From a virus (Duplodnaviria > Caudoviricetes): a stretch of DNA of 54,909 nucleotides. The stretch covers positions 1 to 54,909 of the IMG/VR virus record IMGVR_UViG_3300050132_000156; one strand, given 5' to 3'. The notes under the pieces were generated by a model. The model ran no database searches and was not told where the DNA came from. It saw only the letters and a list, made by a program, of their open reading frames with translations. Position numbers and translations under genes: made by a program. Shown here in pieces: positions 37,445 to 47,348 of the stretch (within the stretch, counting starts at the first letter, position 1; each line of letters begins with the position of its first letter).

Positions 37445-38715
37445 GCACCCAACCATTGCCGGGCGTCCTCTACGGATTGACCCATACTGAAGAAGGCGTG
37501 CCGATTATTCGCGAATCCCGGCTCCTGAAGGTCTCCATCGGCTTGCCACGCGGCAAGGCGCTGAACGTCTGGACGGTGAGCCAGGACGGCGCGCTGAAGT
37601 GGAAGATCGTCCGAGGCTTCAAGCGCGATGCGATGAAGACCTGGACTTTCGACACGCGCCAGCAGGCCGAAGAGTTTTACTCGAAAAACATCGGAGACGC
37701 GCCGATCTGCAACTACCCGCGCAAGATCCCCTTCTACACCTTCACGCGCCCGGTGCTCGGGGAAGATGGGACCGAAACGTTCCTGCCGGACTTCGCGGCC
37801 ATCGAGGCCCACGGTCCATGCCCGACTGAGATCGACGTTGTCTTCTTCGACGACAACCCGTTCAACGGCGCTTATCAATTCTGGAGTACGTCCGAGTTGA
37901 AGTGCAAGGGCGACGGCATTAACGCGATGCGCGTGCTCACCATGGCGCCGCCCGACGTTCAGAAGCAGTTGGCCGGTGAGAAGTACTTCAACATCGTAGA
38001 GGGCTGCTGGACGCGCGGCTGCCAGTACGCCGGCAAGGAATGCAAGCCGGGCGGCGACCTGAAGTTCCAGCTTGCGAACAACATCCGGCTCGGCGGGACA
38101 GCGTACTTTCACACGACCGGATACCGCTCGATCTCGCAGATCTTTTCTTCGCTCGAACGGATCAAGACGCTTACCCGCGGCCGTCTGGTCGGACTGCCTC
38201 TCAAGATGACGCTGCGGCCGTACAAGGTCACGGCTCCCGATGGCAAGCCCACGACGCAGTATGGTGTCTCGCTGGAACTCCGGGCCGAGGATATGGACCG
38301 GCTGCGTAAGATGCTGTTCTCGAACCTCTGGGATCAGGCGGGCCAGATCGCGGCGGCGCCGAAGATGATCGAGGAAGCGAGCACGGCGGCCGAGGAGCCG
38401 ATCCTGAGCGCGGCTGCGATCACGGCTGAGTTCTACCCCGAAGCCACCGACGACGCAGAGGAACAAGCGCAGGCCGAGCCGCCGAAGCCCGAGATCGCCA
38501 AGGCGACCGAAGCGAAGACCGACGCGCTGGCGGACAAACTGAAGGCGAAGCGCGCGCCGAAACAAGAGGCCGCTCCGTCGCCTGGGCAAGCACCGGAACC
38601 GCCGAAGCCTCCGGCTCCCGCACCGCCCCCTGCACCGGCTCCCGCGCCGGCGCAAACCGCAACGCAACCCGGAGTGATCCCTCCGGCGACGTACAATCGC
38701 GACGATCTGTTTTAA
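37441..38715 (+). CDS. Putative recombination/annealing protein (recombination-directionality-factor-like)
   Basis: Follows YqaJ; CKGDG, CQY..KECKP..LKF, HTTGYRSI pattern; Pro/Ala-rich tail ending DDLF. Confidence 0.55.
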   Translation: MSTQPLPGVLYGLTHTEEGVPIIRESRLLKVSIGLPRGKALNVWTVSQDGALKWKIVRGFKRDAMKTWTFDTRQQAEEFYSKNIGDAPICNYPRKIPFYTFTRPVLGEDGTETFLPDFAAIEAHGPCPTEIDVVFFDDNPFNGAYQFWSTSELKCKGDGINAMRVLTMAPPDVQKQLAGEKYFNIVEGCWTRGCQYAGKECKPGGDLKFQLANNIRLGGTAYFHTTGYRSISQIFSSLERIKTLTRGRLVGLPLKMTLRPYKVTAPDGKPTTQYGVSLELRAEDMDRLRKMLFSNLWDQAGQIAAAPKMIEEASTAAEEPILSAAAITAEFYPEATDDAEEQAQAEPPKPEIAKATEAKTDALADKLKAKRAPKQEAAPSPGQAPEPPKPPAPAPPPAPAPAPAQTATQPGVIPPATYNRDDLF

Positions 38716-39110
38716 CGGTCTTTCCTTCGGGCCAGTGGTTCCGCTACCGAGTGGACCCTGCGCGGATGGCTTAGCGAACCCGATAGCGAAGCCCTCAAGC
38801 CTGCACGAGTTGAGTGGTACGAGAACGCCGTGAACCAAGCAGCAGGCAATCGTGGACGAACCTGACTCGCGCCCTAGACGCGGATCGGCTAAGTCGGAGG
38901 CGTGACAATCCGGGAGAGACCGGCGCTGGGAGCCGCGAACCGGGCTCTGAGGGGATTCTTGGCTTACAAGGCCCCAGGTTGCACTACTGCGGCTTAAAGC
39001 AGGGTAGGGAAGGCCTCCGAAAATAGGCCTGACTCGACGGAGAGTAGTCTAGGGAACTCCCCTGAAAGAAGGAGTGACAAGCCGGGAGAGACCGGCAAAC
39101 TTACCTCTTG
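38716..39110 (+). ncRNA. Candidate structured non-coding RNA region
   Basis: ~400 nt without a credible ORF; many hairpins; duplicated 23-nt motif. Confidence 0.5.
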
Positions 39111-39118
39111 AGGTTTCC

Positions 39119-40519
39119 ATGAGACTGCAACACGTCACGATCACAGACATGGCCGGCTTCGCCGGAGTCCACGAATTCGACCTTCCGGCCATCTGCCTGA
39201 TCACGGGCAAGAACGGGCGCGGCAAGTCCTCGCTCCTGGACTGCCTGCGCTATTGCTTCGACTCAGGCCACGACGAGGACATGATCCATTCCGGCGCGGA
39301 GTGCGGCGAGATCATCGTCATTCTCGACGACGGCGGCGCGGTCAGGGCCAGGGCTGCGAAGGCCGACAACAAGACGACGCGCGACTGGAGGCTGCCTGGC
39401 GCGCGCAAGTGGAACATCAACCGCAGCTTCATCGACAAGATCAGCGCGGCGATCTCCTACAACGCGGCGTCGTTCCTGGACCTGCCGGAGCGCAAGCAGA
39501 TCGAAGCCCTGCTTGCGATGATGCCGATCAAGGTGGACACATCAGAGGTCAACGAGGCGATCGGCACAGCGGCGTCTCTGGTGAAACTCCCGGTCTTGCC
39601 GCCGACCGTCAACGGGCTTGAACTCGTGGACTTGAGTTACGACTCGATCTACGATCAGCGGCGCGAGTTGAACGTGGCCGCCGACACGCAGGAGAAGCAC
39701 GCCTCGGAACTGGAGCGGGCGCTGCCGCCGCCGGCACCGGAGGGCGAGCAGTGGAACGATCAGGTTCAGTCGCTCCAGGTACAGATCAAGGCGCTCGAAG
39801 ACCAGGAGCGTTCCGACCTTAACGAACTCACTGTTATGTTCCGTGCGGTCAAGGATGATCAGGCCGCGAAGTGCAGCAAAGCGGAAGCGGACATCAATGA
39901 GGGCATCAACGCAAAAATCAGGGAACTGGAATTGAACCGCGCGGACATGCTTGGAACCGTTCACAAGGACCGCGACTCCTACATCGAAGAGGCCCGCCAG
40001 ATCGGCGTCTCCGAAGCTGCCCGCATCCGTGGCGAGAATGCCCCGGTCCGCGAGCAGTTGACCGCTGAGCTTGCCACTGCCGAAGAACGGGCTCGCCAGC
40101 ACGAGCGCACCGAGGGAACGCGCGAGGCGGCCATTGTGGCCCGGCGCGAGGCCACCGACAAGAAGGCCAACTCCGAGATCCTGACCGAATCCCTCACGCG
40201 CCTGAAGGATCTGCGGCTCAAGGTGGCCGAGCGGCTGCCGATCAAGAACATCCGCATTCAGGACGGGCGGCTGTTCAACTTGGACAAGGTGGCATTCAAG
40301 CGCTGGAACACGGTCCAGCAGTTGATCTTCTGCCTGAAGATCGCCGTGATCGCGCACCGCGAGGCCGGGTTCGTCTGCGTCGATAACTTCGAGCACTTCG
40401 ATTCCCAGATGCGCGATGCGGCCCTTGCCGCCTGCCGGAAGTACGCAGAGGATGAGGGTATGCAGTTCCTTGTCTGTTCGGTGTCGGATGAACCGGAATT
40501 GAGCGTGAGGGAGGCGTAG
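39119..40519 (+). CDS. SMC/Rad50-like ATPase
   Basis: Walker A GKNGRGKSS, long coiled coil, Walker B VCVDNFE; start placed at ATG 39119 with GAGG RBS. Confidence 0.82.
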   Translation: MRLQHVTITDMAGFAGVHEFDLPAICLITGKNGRGKSSLLDCLRYCFDSGHDEDMIHSGAECGEIIVILDDGGAVRARAAKADNKTTRDWRLPGARKWNINRSFIDKISAAISYNAASFLDLPERKQIEALLAMMPIKVDTSEVNEAIGTAASLVKLPVLPPTVNGLELVDLSYDSIYDQRRELNVAADTQEKHASELERALPPPAPEGEQWNDQVQSLQVQIKALEDQERSDLNELTVMFRAVKDDQAAKCSKAEADINEGINAKIRELELNRADMLGTVHKDRDSYIEEARQIGVSEAARIRGENAPVREQLTAELATAEERARQHERTEGTREAAIVARREATDKKANSEILTESLTRLKDLRLKVAERLPIKNIRIQDGRLFNLDKVAFKRWNTVQQLIFCLKIAVIAHREAGFVCVDNFEHFDSQMRDAALAACRKYAEDEGMQFLVCSVSDEPELSVREA

Positions 40520-40520
40520 G

Positions 40521-41933
40521 GTGATTCCGACGCTCTGGCCCGACCAGGAACTCGACTTGAACCGCGTCCGCGCCTCCATGCGAGAGCACCGCGCCGTCGC
40601 CCTGGTGCGGCCCTGCGGATCGGGCAAAGGGACCATCGCGAGTTACGTGGTTCACTCTGCCGAGTCGCGCGGCAAGCGAGTCATCTTCGCCGTTGATAGG
40701 CGCGTGCTGGTTCACGACATGAGCATGCGCTTGGACCGGCTCGGGATCGAACACGGCGTCATCATGGGCGACGACAAGCGCCGCAAGCCCTGGCTCGGCA
40801 CTCACGTCGCGAGCATCGACACGCTCACCCGCCGCGAGGTTCTGCCGGTCGCGGATTTGATCATCATCGACGAAACGCACAAGGCGGTCGCTCCGAAGTG
40901 GAAAAAGGTTCTCGACCGCTACCCGCAGGCCAAGATTCTCGGTCTAACGGCGACTCCGATCCGGCTGGACGGGCGCGGCTTGGAAGAGATCTACGATGAC
41001 ATGGTGGTCGGCCCCTCGGTCGAGGACTTACTCAATCTGAAACTGATCGTGCCGAGCGTCGTGTTCGCGCCGCCGCGCCAGATCAACACGAGCAAGGCCA
41101 AGAAGACTGGCGGCGACTACAACAGCGCCGCCCTGGCCCATGTGTGCGACAACGCCAAACTGGTCGGCGACATCGTGGCCCACTGGCAGAAGCATGCCTC
41201 CGAGCGCAAGACGGCGTTCTTCGGAGTGGACTGCAAGCACGCCCGCAACACGGCCGAGCAGTTCCGCTGCGCCGGCGTCGAGACGGCCTACGTGGACGCG
41301 GACACGCCCGACGATGAGCGGCAGAAGATATGGGATGACTTCGACCGTGGAACGTGTCGGATTATTTGTAGCGTCGGCGTGATTGGAATCGGATGGGACC
41401 ACTCGATCTGTTCGTGCATCATCGACGGCTGCCCGACACTCTCGATCGAGCGGTTCCTGCAACGCATTGGGCGCGGATCAAGGACGCATCCGGGCAAGAC
41501 AAACTTCCTCATTCTCGACCACGCGGGCAACACGCACAGGCACGGATTCTATGAAGACCCGCGTTGCTGGAGTTTAACCGGCAAGGCGCTCAAGGAAGAA
41601 GAAGAAAAGTCCGAGTCGCCCTACACCTGCGTGGTCTGCCGGGCGGTATTCCGTAGAAAGGGTGCTCTCGCTTGCCCATATTGCGGCGCTGCAATACAGG
41701 TGAAGCATAGAGACATCACGGTAGTAAAGGGAGACTTGGAAGAACTCAGCAGGACTCAAACGGCTGAAAAATGGAGAGCGCTGACTCCAGAGAAAAGAGA
41801 AATAATGTACCGGCGGATGGTCATCACTGCGGAGCAGCGGGGATATAGTTCCAAGTGGCCGATGGCTAGGTATCACGCATTGTTTAATGAATGGCCGAGG
41901 AGAGAATGGAATGCCAGACAAACCTACGCTTGA
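40521..41933 (+). CDS. Superfamily 2 DEAD/DEAH helicase with Zn ribbon
   Basis: GSGKGT, IIDETH, LTATP, QRIGRGSR, CVVC..CPYC. Confidence 0.9.
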   Translation: MIPTLWPDQELDLNRVRASMREHRAVALVRPCGSGKGTIASYVVHSAESRGKRVIFAVDRRVLVHDMSMRLDRLGIEHGVIMGDDKRRKPWLGTHVASIDTLTRREVLPVADLIIIDETHKAVAPKWKKVLDRYPQAKILGLTATPIRLDGRGLEEIYDDMVVGPSVEDLLNLKLIVPSVVFAPPRQINTSKAKKTGGDYNSAALAHVCDNAKLVGDIVAHWQKHASERKTAFFGVDCKHARNTAEQFRCAGVETAYVDADTPDDERQKIWDDFDRGTCRIICSVGVIGIGWDHSICSCIIDGCPTLSIERFLQRIGRGSRTHPGKTNFLILDHAGNTHRHGFYEDPRCWSLTGKALKEEEEKSESPYTCVVCRAVFRRKGALACPYCGAAIQVKHRDITVVKGDLEELSRTQTAEKWRALTPEKREIMYRRMVITAEQRGYSSKWPMARYHALFNEWPRREWNARQTYA

Positions 41934-42795
41934 ACTAATGTCCGGGTTGAAGATCGGGGCATACACCCTGCTGAGAAAAATAGTAGACCCTGAGTCTCCT
42001 TCCCGATGGGAATGTCGATGCGATTGCGGCAACATCCGCACTGTAGCTTCGGGTAATCTAAGGGCTAGAAATAGCCTGTCTTGCGGATGCCTGCGAGGCG
42101 AGTTACGGGTGAAAACGAGGCATACGCACGGAGAGGCCGGCGTAAGATCCTCCCAGAGAACAGCAGAATACCGGGCTTGGGCTAACATCAAAAACAGATG
42201 TCACAACGAGCTTACACCAGCCTATGCTTATTACGGCGCTCGTGGAATCGCCGTTTGCGACAAATGGAGGAATAGCTACGAGTCGTTTCTGGCGGACATG
42301 GGCAGGCGGCCATCCCCAAGTCACAGCATAGACCGCATCGACAACGACCGAGGATACGAGCCGGGAAACTGCCGTTGGGCCACCCTTTCGGAGCAGCGCC
42401 GGAATACGAGGGCAGTCCAGAGATTTGAACACGGCGGCGACAAGCTGATGGCTATCGAGTGGCAGGAGAAAACTGGGCTTCGCTCCAAGATCATCAGACG
42501 CCGTCTGATCCGAGGTTGGTCGATAGAGAAGGCGGTTACGACTCCGAAGCTTGAGCCCGGAGAGGGTCACGCGAGTCAGTACGTCAGCAATAGGAACTCT
42601 TCTGGGTTCAAGGGCGTTTCCACTTCAGATAAAAAGAATAAACCATGGCGTGCCGTCGTTCGGCAGGATGGCCGGCAGTCCTTCGTCGGTTACTATGCCA
42701 CGGCAGAAGAAGCCGCGCGAGCTTACGACGCGAGAGCTATCTCCATCTACGGAGAGCACGCACTGCTCAACTTCCCCGAGGCGGTGCCCGCATGA
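41911..42795 (+). CDS. HNH homing endonuclease with AP2 domain
   Basis: WECRCDCG, SIDRIDNDRGYEPGNCRWAT, SGFKGVS...AEEAARAYD. Confidence 0.88.
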   Translation: MPDKPTLELMSGLKIGAYTLLRKIVDPESPSRWECRCDCGNIRTVASGNLRARNSLSCGCLRGELRVKTRHTHGEAGVRSSQRTAEYRAWANIKNRCHNELTPAYAYYGARGIAVCDKWRNSYESFLADMGRRPSPSHSIDRIDNDRGYEPGNCRWATLSEQRRNTRAVQRFEHGGDKLMAIEWQEKTGLRSKIIRRRLIRGWSIEKAVTTPKLEPGEGHASQYVSNRNSSGFKGVSTSDKKNKPWRAVVRQDGRQSFVGYYATAEEAARAYDARAISIYGEHALLNFPEAVPA

Positions 42796-43145
42796 AGCCC
42801 GCCGACGTCCTCACCAACGAGCTGCGCGTGGCGCTGTCGGCCAAGTATGGCCGTGATGCCTTCCTCCAGCGCGTCAACGTGATCGCCATGGCGACCACGA
42901 CGCGCGGCATGGTGCGGAGCTGCCAGCCGGGCACAGCGGACCTGCTCGGCGTCGTCAAGTGCTACGCCGTGGCAATCGAGGTCAAGGCGGGTAAGGACCG
43001 GCAGCGGGAGTCGCAACGCAATTTCCAGGAGTGCTGGGAACGCGCCGGCGGGATTTACCTGATCTGCCGGGATGTGGAAGAGACGCTGAAGCAACTCCAG
43101 GGGATCATGGATTCAGTCAAGGACATGCTGGCAAGGCACACATGA
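42792..43145 (+). CDS. VRR-NUC-type nuclease / resolvase
   Basis: PGTADLLG..AIEVKAGKDRQRESQ..F...WERAGG. Confidence 0.8.
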   Translation: MKPADVLTNELRVALSAKYGRDAFLQRVNVIAMATTTRGMVRSCQPGTADLLGVVKCYAVAIEVKAGKDRQRESQRNFQECWERAGGIYLICRDVEETLKQLQGIMDSVKDMLARHT

Positions 43146-43810
43146 GGCAGCCCCGCCAGATGGTCGTCCCCGACCCAGCCACAATCGAGCAGATCAAACA
43201 CTCGATTGACCTGCGTGCGTTCGTGGCCGAGTACATCCCGCTGCGTAAGCAGGGCGCGACCTCCAAGGGAGTCTGCCCGTTCCACTCTGAGACGGTCGGC
43301 TCTTTCGTTGTGCATGAAGACTATTTCAAATGCTTCGGTTGCGGCGCCGCGGGCGACGTTATTTCATTCGTCCAGCAGTTCGACCGCATGAACTTCATGG
43401 AGGCTCTGCGCAGCCTGGCCGAGTACACCGGCATCGCGTTGCAAACAGTGGACCGCAAGACCGCACTCCGCCGCCAGGAGTTCATCCGCCGCGAGGCCGA
43501 GTGCGTGTGGCATTTCTGGGGCGCGCTGTATTTGGAGTTTGAGACCCGCAAGCGCCGGGCGTATGCTTGGGTTCAGGTCGTGGCTGGAACGTGCCTCGAA
43601 GATGCATTCCTGCTGGACCTAGAAGAAAATGCGAAAGCTATGTTTCTGATCGAGACGGCATCGGCTCGTCAGTTGCTCGACATTTACCGCGAGCAGGTCA
43701 ACTCGGGCCACACCGTCCAGGTGCGCTGCGAAGACCCGCTCGACCGGCCGGGAATTTTCCTAAGATCTATCCGAACGGAGAACTACAGTGGAATTCACGC
43801 AAGCTGTTAA
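43142..43810 (+). CDS. CHC2 zinc-finger protein (DnaG Zn-binding domain, no TOPRIM)
   Basis: CPFHSETVGSF...FKCFGCGAAGDVISFV. Confidence 0.85.
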   Translation: MRQPRQMVVPDPATIEQIKHSIDLRAFVAEYIPLRKQGATSKGVCPFHSETVGSFVVHEDYFKCFGCGAAGDVISFVQQFDRMNFMEALRSLAEYTGIALQTVDRKTALRRQEFIRREAECVWHFWGALYLEFETRKRRAYAWVQVVAGTCLEDAFLLDLEENAKAMFLIETASARQLLDIYREQVNSGHTVQVRCEDPLDRPGIFLRSIRTENYSGIHASC

Positions 43811-44087
43811 AAAATGCCCCAAGGGGCACATCATCCCAGACGGGGACTACCCGCTCGACGAACTCGGGGAACCGCTCGCCGTCAAGGACAAGCGTACTGG
43901 CGAGATGGTCCTCGCGCATCGCACTAAGCCGATGATCTGCTGCCCGGAGTGCGCCAAGGCCGTCGAGGTGCCAGCCGGGGTGGCGAGGCTCTTCACGCCA
44001 CCGCCGCGTCTCGCCAAGGGCGAAGTCGTCAAGGAGCAGACCACGATCCGCGAGATTCTCGGCGAAGTCCCGATGTTCCACCTGTAA
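43788..44087 (+). CDS. Small Zn-ribbon protein
   Basis: CPKGH...CCPEC. Confidence 0.55.
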   Translation: MEFTQAVKKCPKGHIIPDGDYPLDELGEPLAVKDKRTGEMVLAHRTKPMICCPECAKAVEVPAGVARLFTPPPRLAKGEVVKEQTTIREILGEVPMFHL

Positions 44088-44096
44088 TCGGCTCCC

Positions 44097-45575
44097 ATGA
44101 AGCCGGATCCAGTCAAGCGCGAACTCGCGTCCGAAGTCGCCCCGTCGAACGTCACGGGCAGCGCTACCTTTGCCGCCCAGCAGGTCATTGCCGGCAAGGA
44201 CTCGCAGGCTGCGTTCAAGCCGGAGTTCATCCAGCGCTGCGCCCTACTGACAACCGAGGAGCTATGGGATGTCCGCCTGCTGCTGGCCCGGGCCTTCCCC
44301 AAGGACGGCTTCGGGCCGCGAGGTGAGTTCTCGCGCCGCGTCAAGGCCGCTCAGATCGACATGGACCCGATCGAGCGCCGGGCGGGTTGGACCGCAGGGC
44401 TGCTGCTTAGCGACAACGGAGCGGCCAAGCCGGTGCTCGCCAACGCCATCCTGGCGCTGCAGTTGGCGCCGGAGTGGTCCGGAGTGGTCGGATTCGACGA
44501 GTTTTCGCAGCGTTTACGCATTCTCAAGGCGGCGCCCTGGGAGCGCTCGGACTGCGACTGGCAGGACCGGGACGACACCGAGTTGTCGAACTGGCTGCAG
44601 CACCACGGCATCATGGTCTCCTCGGCGCTAGCGCACGAGGCCGCGGCGAAGGCTGGCTTCGAGAATAGCTACCATCCTGTCAGGGCGTACCTCAAGAGCC
44701 TGGAGCCGAGCGATGAGGTGCTGATCAACGGCTGGCTGGGCCAGTTCCTCGGCGTGAAGGCGGCCGACGATGAACAGGAGAGGTACGTCGCCGCGGTGGG
44801 GCGCAAGTGGCTGATCTCCGCCGTGGCGCGCATCTTCGAGCCGGGCTGCAAAGCCGACTGCTGCCTGCTAATCGAAGGAAAAACGGGAGTGGGCAAGTCC
44901 ACCACTCTATCAACTCTGGGCTCGCCGTGGTTCGCGGATTCACTGATGGTGCTCGGCAATCACGATTTTTACCAGACGATCCAGGGCAAGTGGATCATAG
45001 AGATCGCCGATTTGGCCGGGTACAACAAAGCGGAGATCGAGATGGTCAAGTCAGTATTCTCATCGTCGTGCGACACCTACCGCAAGTCCTACGGCCGCAA
45101 CGCCGAGGACCATCCCCGCCAGTGTGTATTTGCCTGCACCACCGAGGCCGACAATTGGAGCAAGGAAGCCTCGGCCCGCCGGTTCTGGCCGGTGGCCGCC
45201 GGCACGGTGGATATGATGGGCCTCAAGAATGCCAAGCACCAGCTCTGGGCCGAGGCCGTGCGCGCCTACAAAGACGGCGAGGCCTGGTATCTGGATGAAC
45301 CCGAACTGGTCAAGGCATCTCAGTCGGAGCAGTTGGACCGCTGGGAGCGGCACCCCTGGCTCAAGGCAATCGGGGAATATGTCGCCCAACTCGGCGATAC
45401 GTGTTCTGAGGACATCCTCCGTTCGGCCATCACTAAGCCCCTGGAGCGGCAGACACGCGCCGACCAGATGGCGGTGGGCGGGTGCCTGCGGTTCCTGGGA
45501 TGGAGCAAGCGGAAGACAACGGTTGGCGGCGGCCGGAGCGTGCAGCGGTGGTATCCGCCGGATACGCTGGATTAG
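44097..45575 (+). CDS. VapE-family helicase/ATPase
   Basis: YHPVRAYL, WLISAVARIFEPGCKAD, EGKTGVGKST, PRQCVFACTT, RRFWPV, QLWAEAV. Confidence 0.9.
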   Translation: MKPDPVKRELASEVAPSNVTGSATFAAQQVIAGKDSQAAFKPEFIQRCALLTTEELWDVRLLLARAFPKDGFGPRGEFSRRVKAAQIDMDPIERRAGWTAGLLLSDNGAAKPVLANAILALQLAPEWSGVVGFDEFSQRLRILKAAPWERSDCDWQDRDDTELSNWLQHHGIMVSSALAHEAAAKAGFENSYHPVRAYLKSLEPSDEVLINGWLGQFLGVKAADDEQERYVAAVGRKWLISAVARIFEPGCKADCCLLIEGKTGVGKSTTLSTLGSPWFADSLMVLGNHDFYQTIQGKWIIEIADLAGYNKAEIEMVKSVFSSSCDTYRKSYGRNAEDHPRQCVFACTTEADNWSKEASARRFWPVAAGTVDMMGLKNAKHQLWAEAVRAYKDGEAWYLDEPELVKASQSEQLDRWERHPWLKAIGEYVAQLGDTCSEDILRSAITKPLERQTRADQMAVGGCLRFLGWSKRKTTVGGGRSVQRWYPPDTLD

Positions 45576-45808
45576 GCCCACTCCCTTACCATTTCTTTCG
45601 GGTTCTCGATCCCCGCCTTCCGGCAGCAGTCGAAGCACCGCGCGATCGCCCGCTTCAGGGTGCTGCGGTTGCACGGACATCTCGGAACGTCCGCCTTGAA
45701 CTTGGCGCAGCCGGAGAGCGCGATCGTGCCGGCGCGCAGCCCGACGCCGCGGGCCTTTCCGCCGAGACGGCCGAGCGCCACGGCCGCCGGATTTTTTTCG
45801 TGTGTCAT
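45572..45808 (-). CDS. Small basic protein (KNPAAVALGRLGGK motif)
   Basis: GAGG RBS; basic, Cys-containing. Confidence 0.6.
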   Translation of the reverse strand: MTHEKNPAAVALGRLGGKARGVGLRAGTIALSGCAKFKADVPRCPCNRSTLKRAIARCFDCCRKAGIENPKEMVREWA

Positions 45809-45810
45809 GT

Positions 45811-46110
45811 TTACCTCTTCAGGTTCGCTATCAGGAGCGCGAGCACGACTGCCGCCAGGACCAGGAAGGTGAGGCGCCACCACGGCGTCATCTGGTCGTT
45901 TTTCCGCCCCGTCTCCCAGCTGACGAGGTTTTTCTGTTCGTCGAACGTCGCCTGGATGATCCGGCACAGGTCCACGCGCTCTTCGGGGAACAGCACGGCA
46001 TCACGCGCCACTTCCCACTCCGCCAGGATGCACATGGTGAGCAACACCGCCACCGGTGAGGCCAGCACGCGCGGCTCAGTTCCGCCTTTCAGGATTCGCT
46101 CAGCCCTCAT
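45811..46110 (-). CDS. Small membrane protein
   Basis: C-terminal TM segment. Confidence 0.5.
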   Translation of the reverse strand: MRAERILKGGTEPRVLASPVAVLLTMCILAEWEVARDAVLFPEERVDLCRIIQATFDEQKNLVSWETGRKNDQMTPWWRLTFLVLAAVVLALLIANLKR

Positions 46111-46342
46111 TTTCAGCCGTCCCTTCCGCGAACATCTCCAACTCGCCCTCTTCGAGGCTCTGTTCGTAGGCTTCCCGCGCCGCGAGCAACGCCCGCAGCC
46201 GGGCCCGGGCGTGCAGGGCATGCAGCCGCGCCGCCTTTTCCGCCGCCTCGCTCAGCAGCAGCGCCGGGATGATTTTCGTGAGCGCGTAGACCGTCGTCAG
46301 GATCGCCGCCGCGTATCCGCAGCCCGCCAGGAATTCGCTCAT
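46100..46342 (-). CDS. Small membrane protein
   Basis: GAGG RBS; N-terminal TM plus coil. Confidence 0.5.
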   Translation of the reverse strand: MSEFLAGCGYAAAILTTVYALTKIIPALLLSEAAEKAARLHALHARARLRALLAAREAYEQSLEEGELEMFAEGTAENEG

Positions 46343-46584
46343 TTCCAGTACCTCTCGATCACCAGCTCCGCGAACAGCGCCACAGCAACCGCCAGGCTGA
46401 ATAGCCCGGCGAGCCACAGCAGCCCGGCTTGCGCCCGCTGCGACAGGTTCGGACCTGCCCGCCGTTGCCGGAAGTGCAGCGCCTTTACGGGTTCTCTGGA
46501 CGCCGCAAACGGTTCGTCTGCCGCCATTCTCTTGAGCGCCGCCTTGGATGCCGCGCCCGCCCATGCCAAACCTTCGAGTTTCAC
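46339..46584 (-). CDS. Small membrane protein
   Basis: GGAGG RBS before GTG; C-terminal TM. Confidence 0.5.
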   Translation of the reverse strand: MKLEGLAWAGAASKAALKRMAADEPFAASREPVKALHFRQRRAGPNLSQRAQAGLLWLAGLFSLAVAVALFAELVIERYWK

Positions 46585-47348
46585 GGCTTCACCTCCGCCG
46601 GATAGAGCGCCTCGATAGGCTGTTCCGTGATGGCCCATTCCGCGATGGCAAAGAGGTTGAAGGCCTCCACCCACGCCTCCGCCCACGCCTCCACCGCCGC
46701 CTGCGCCGCCGCCGCCTCCCACGCCGCCGCCGCCGCCCTCGCCGCCGCCGCCGTGCGATCTTTTCCACTCAGCCAGCCGGTTGCCCGTTTTTTCCAGGCA
46801 ACTGAGGCTCGCGGCCAGGCGCAGCCGATTGCGAATCGCACGCGCTGCTCCGTTGTGATCTCCGGCAGTGGCAGCACTTCGACCGTCGTGAGCGCGCGGC
46901 AGCCGCATTTCAACGGCCCGTCGCGCTTGCCGATTTCGCCGCGGCACGACCAAAGCTGCGGGTTTTTCAGATTGGCGTGGATCGGGTTCAGCAGCACCGC
47001 CACGAGCGGATGCTCGTAGGCGTGGATCCAGGATGCCGAGCACAGCGGGCCATCGGCCGGCCCTTTCGCCTCGTGCGTAATGCCCGCGCCCCATTGGGTA
47101 TGATTAGTTCCGTCGCCGTGGGTCTGACCCTGAGCGTCGGTGAGTTTGTAGAGAGTTACTGCAGCCATCGTGTTCCTTCCGCTATTGTTACGCCGTGCCG
47201 CCATCCTTTCCAGCGCCGCTTTGGAGGCCGCGCCGGACCACGCCAAACCTTCGAGTTTCACGGCTTCACCCCCTTGAATGTTGATCGTTCCGCCGCCGTG
47301 GGTCTGGCCCTGAGCGTCGGTGAGTTTATAGAGCGTCGCTTCTGCCAT
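46581..47348 (-). CDS. Ala-rich early protein with duplicated N-terminus (second start at 47168)
   Basis: TLYKLTDAQGQTHG occurs twice, each after a GGAAGGA RBS. Confidence 0.6.
   Translation of the reverse strand: MAEATLYKLTDAQGQTHGGGTINIQGGEAVKLEGLAWSGAASKAALERMAARRNNSGRNTMAAVTLYKLTDAQGQTHGDGTNHTQWGAGITHEAKGPADGPLCSASWIHAYEHPLVAVLLNPIHANLKNPQLWSCRGEIGKRDGPLKCGCRALTTVEVLPLPEITTEQRVRFAIGCAWPRASVAWKKRATGWLSGKDRTAAAARAAAAAWEAAAAQAAVEAWAEAWVEAFNLFAIAEWAITEQPIEALYPAEVKP

Noticed and set aside
37381-38838. Long antisense ORFs (485 aa here; also 21194..22576, 19897..21084, 6201..7313)
   Set aside because: Shadow frames of high-GC genes on the opposite strand, with no motifs
38951-39062. tRNA gene
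   Set aside because: No T-loop GTTCRA, D-loop consensus or 7-bp acceptor geometry
46670-46755. GCC-rich tandem repeat
   Set aside because: Explained by the Ala-rich AAAW/EAW coding stretch
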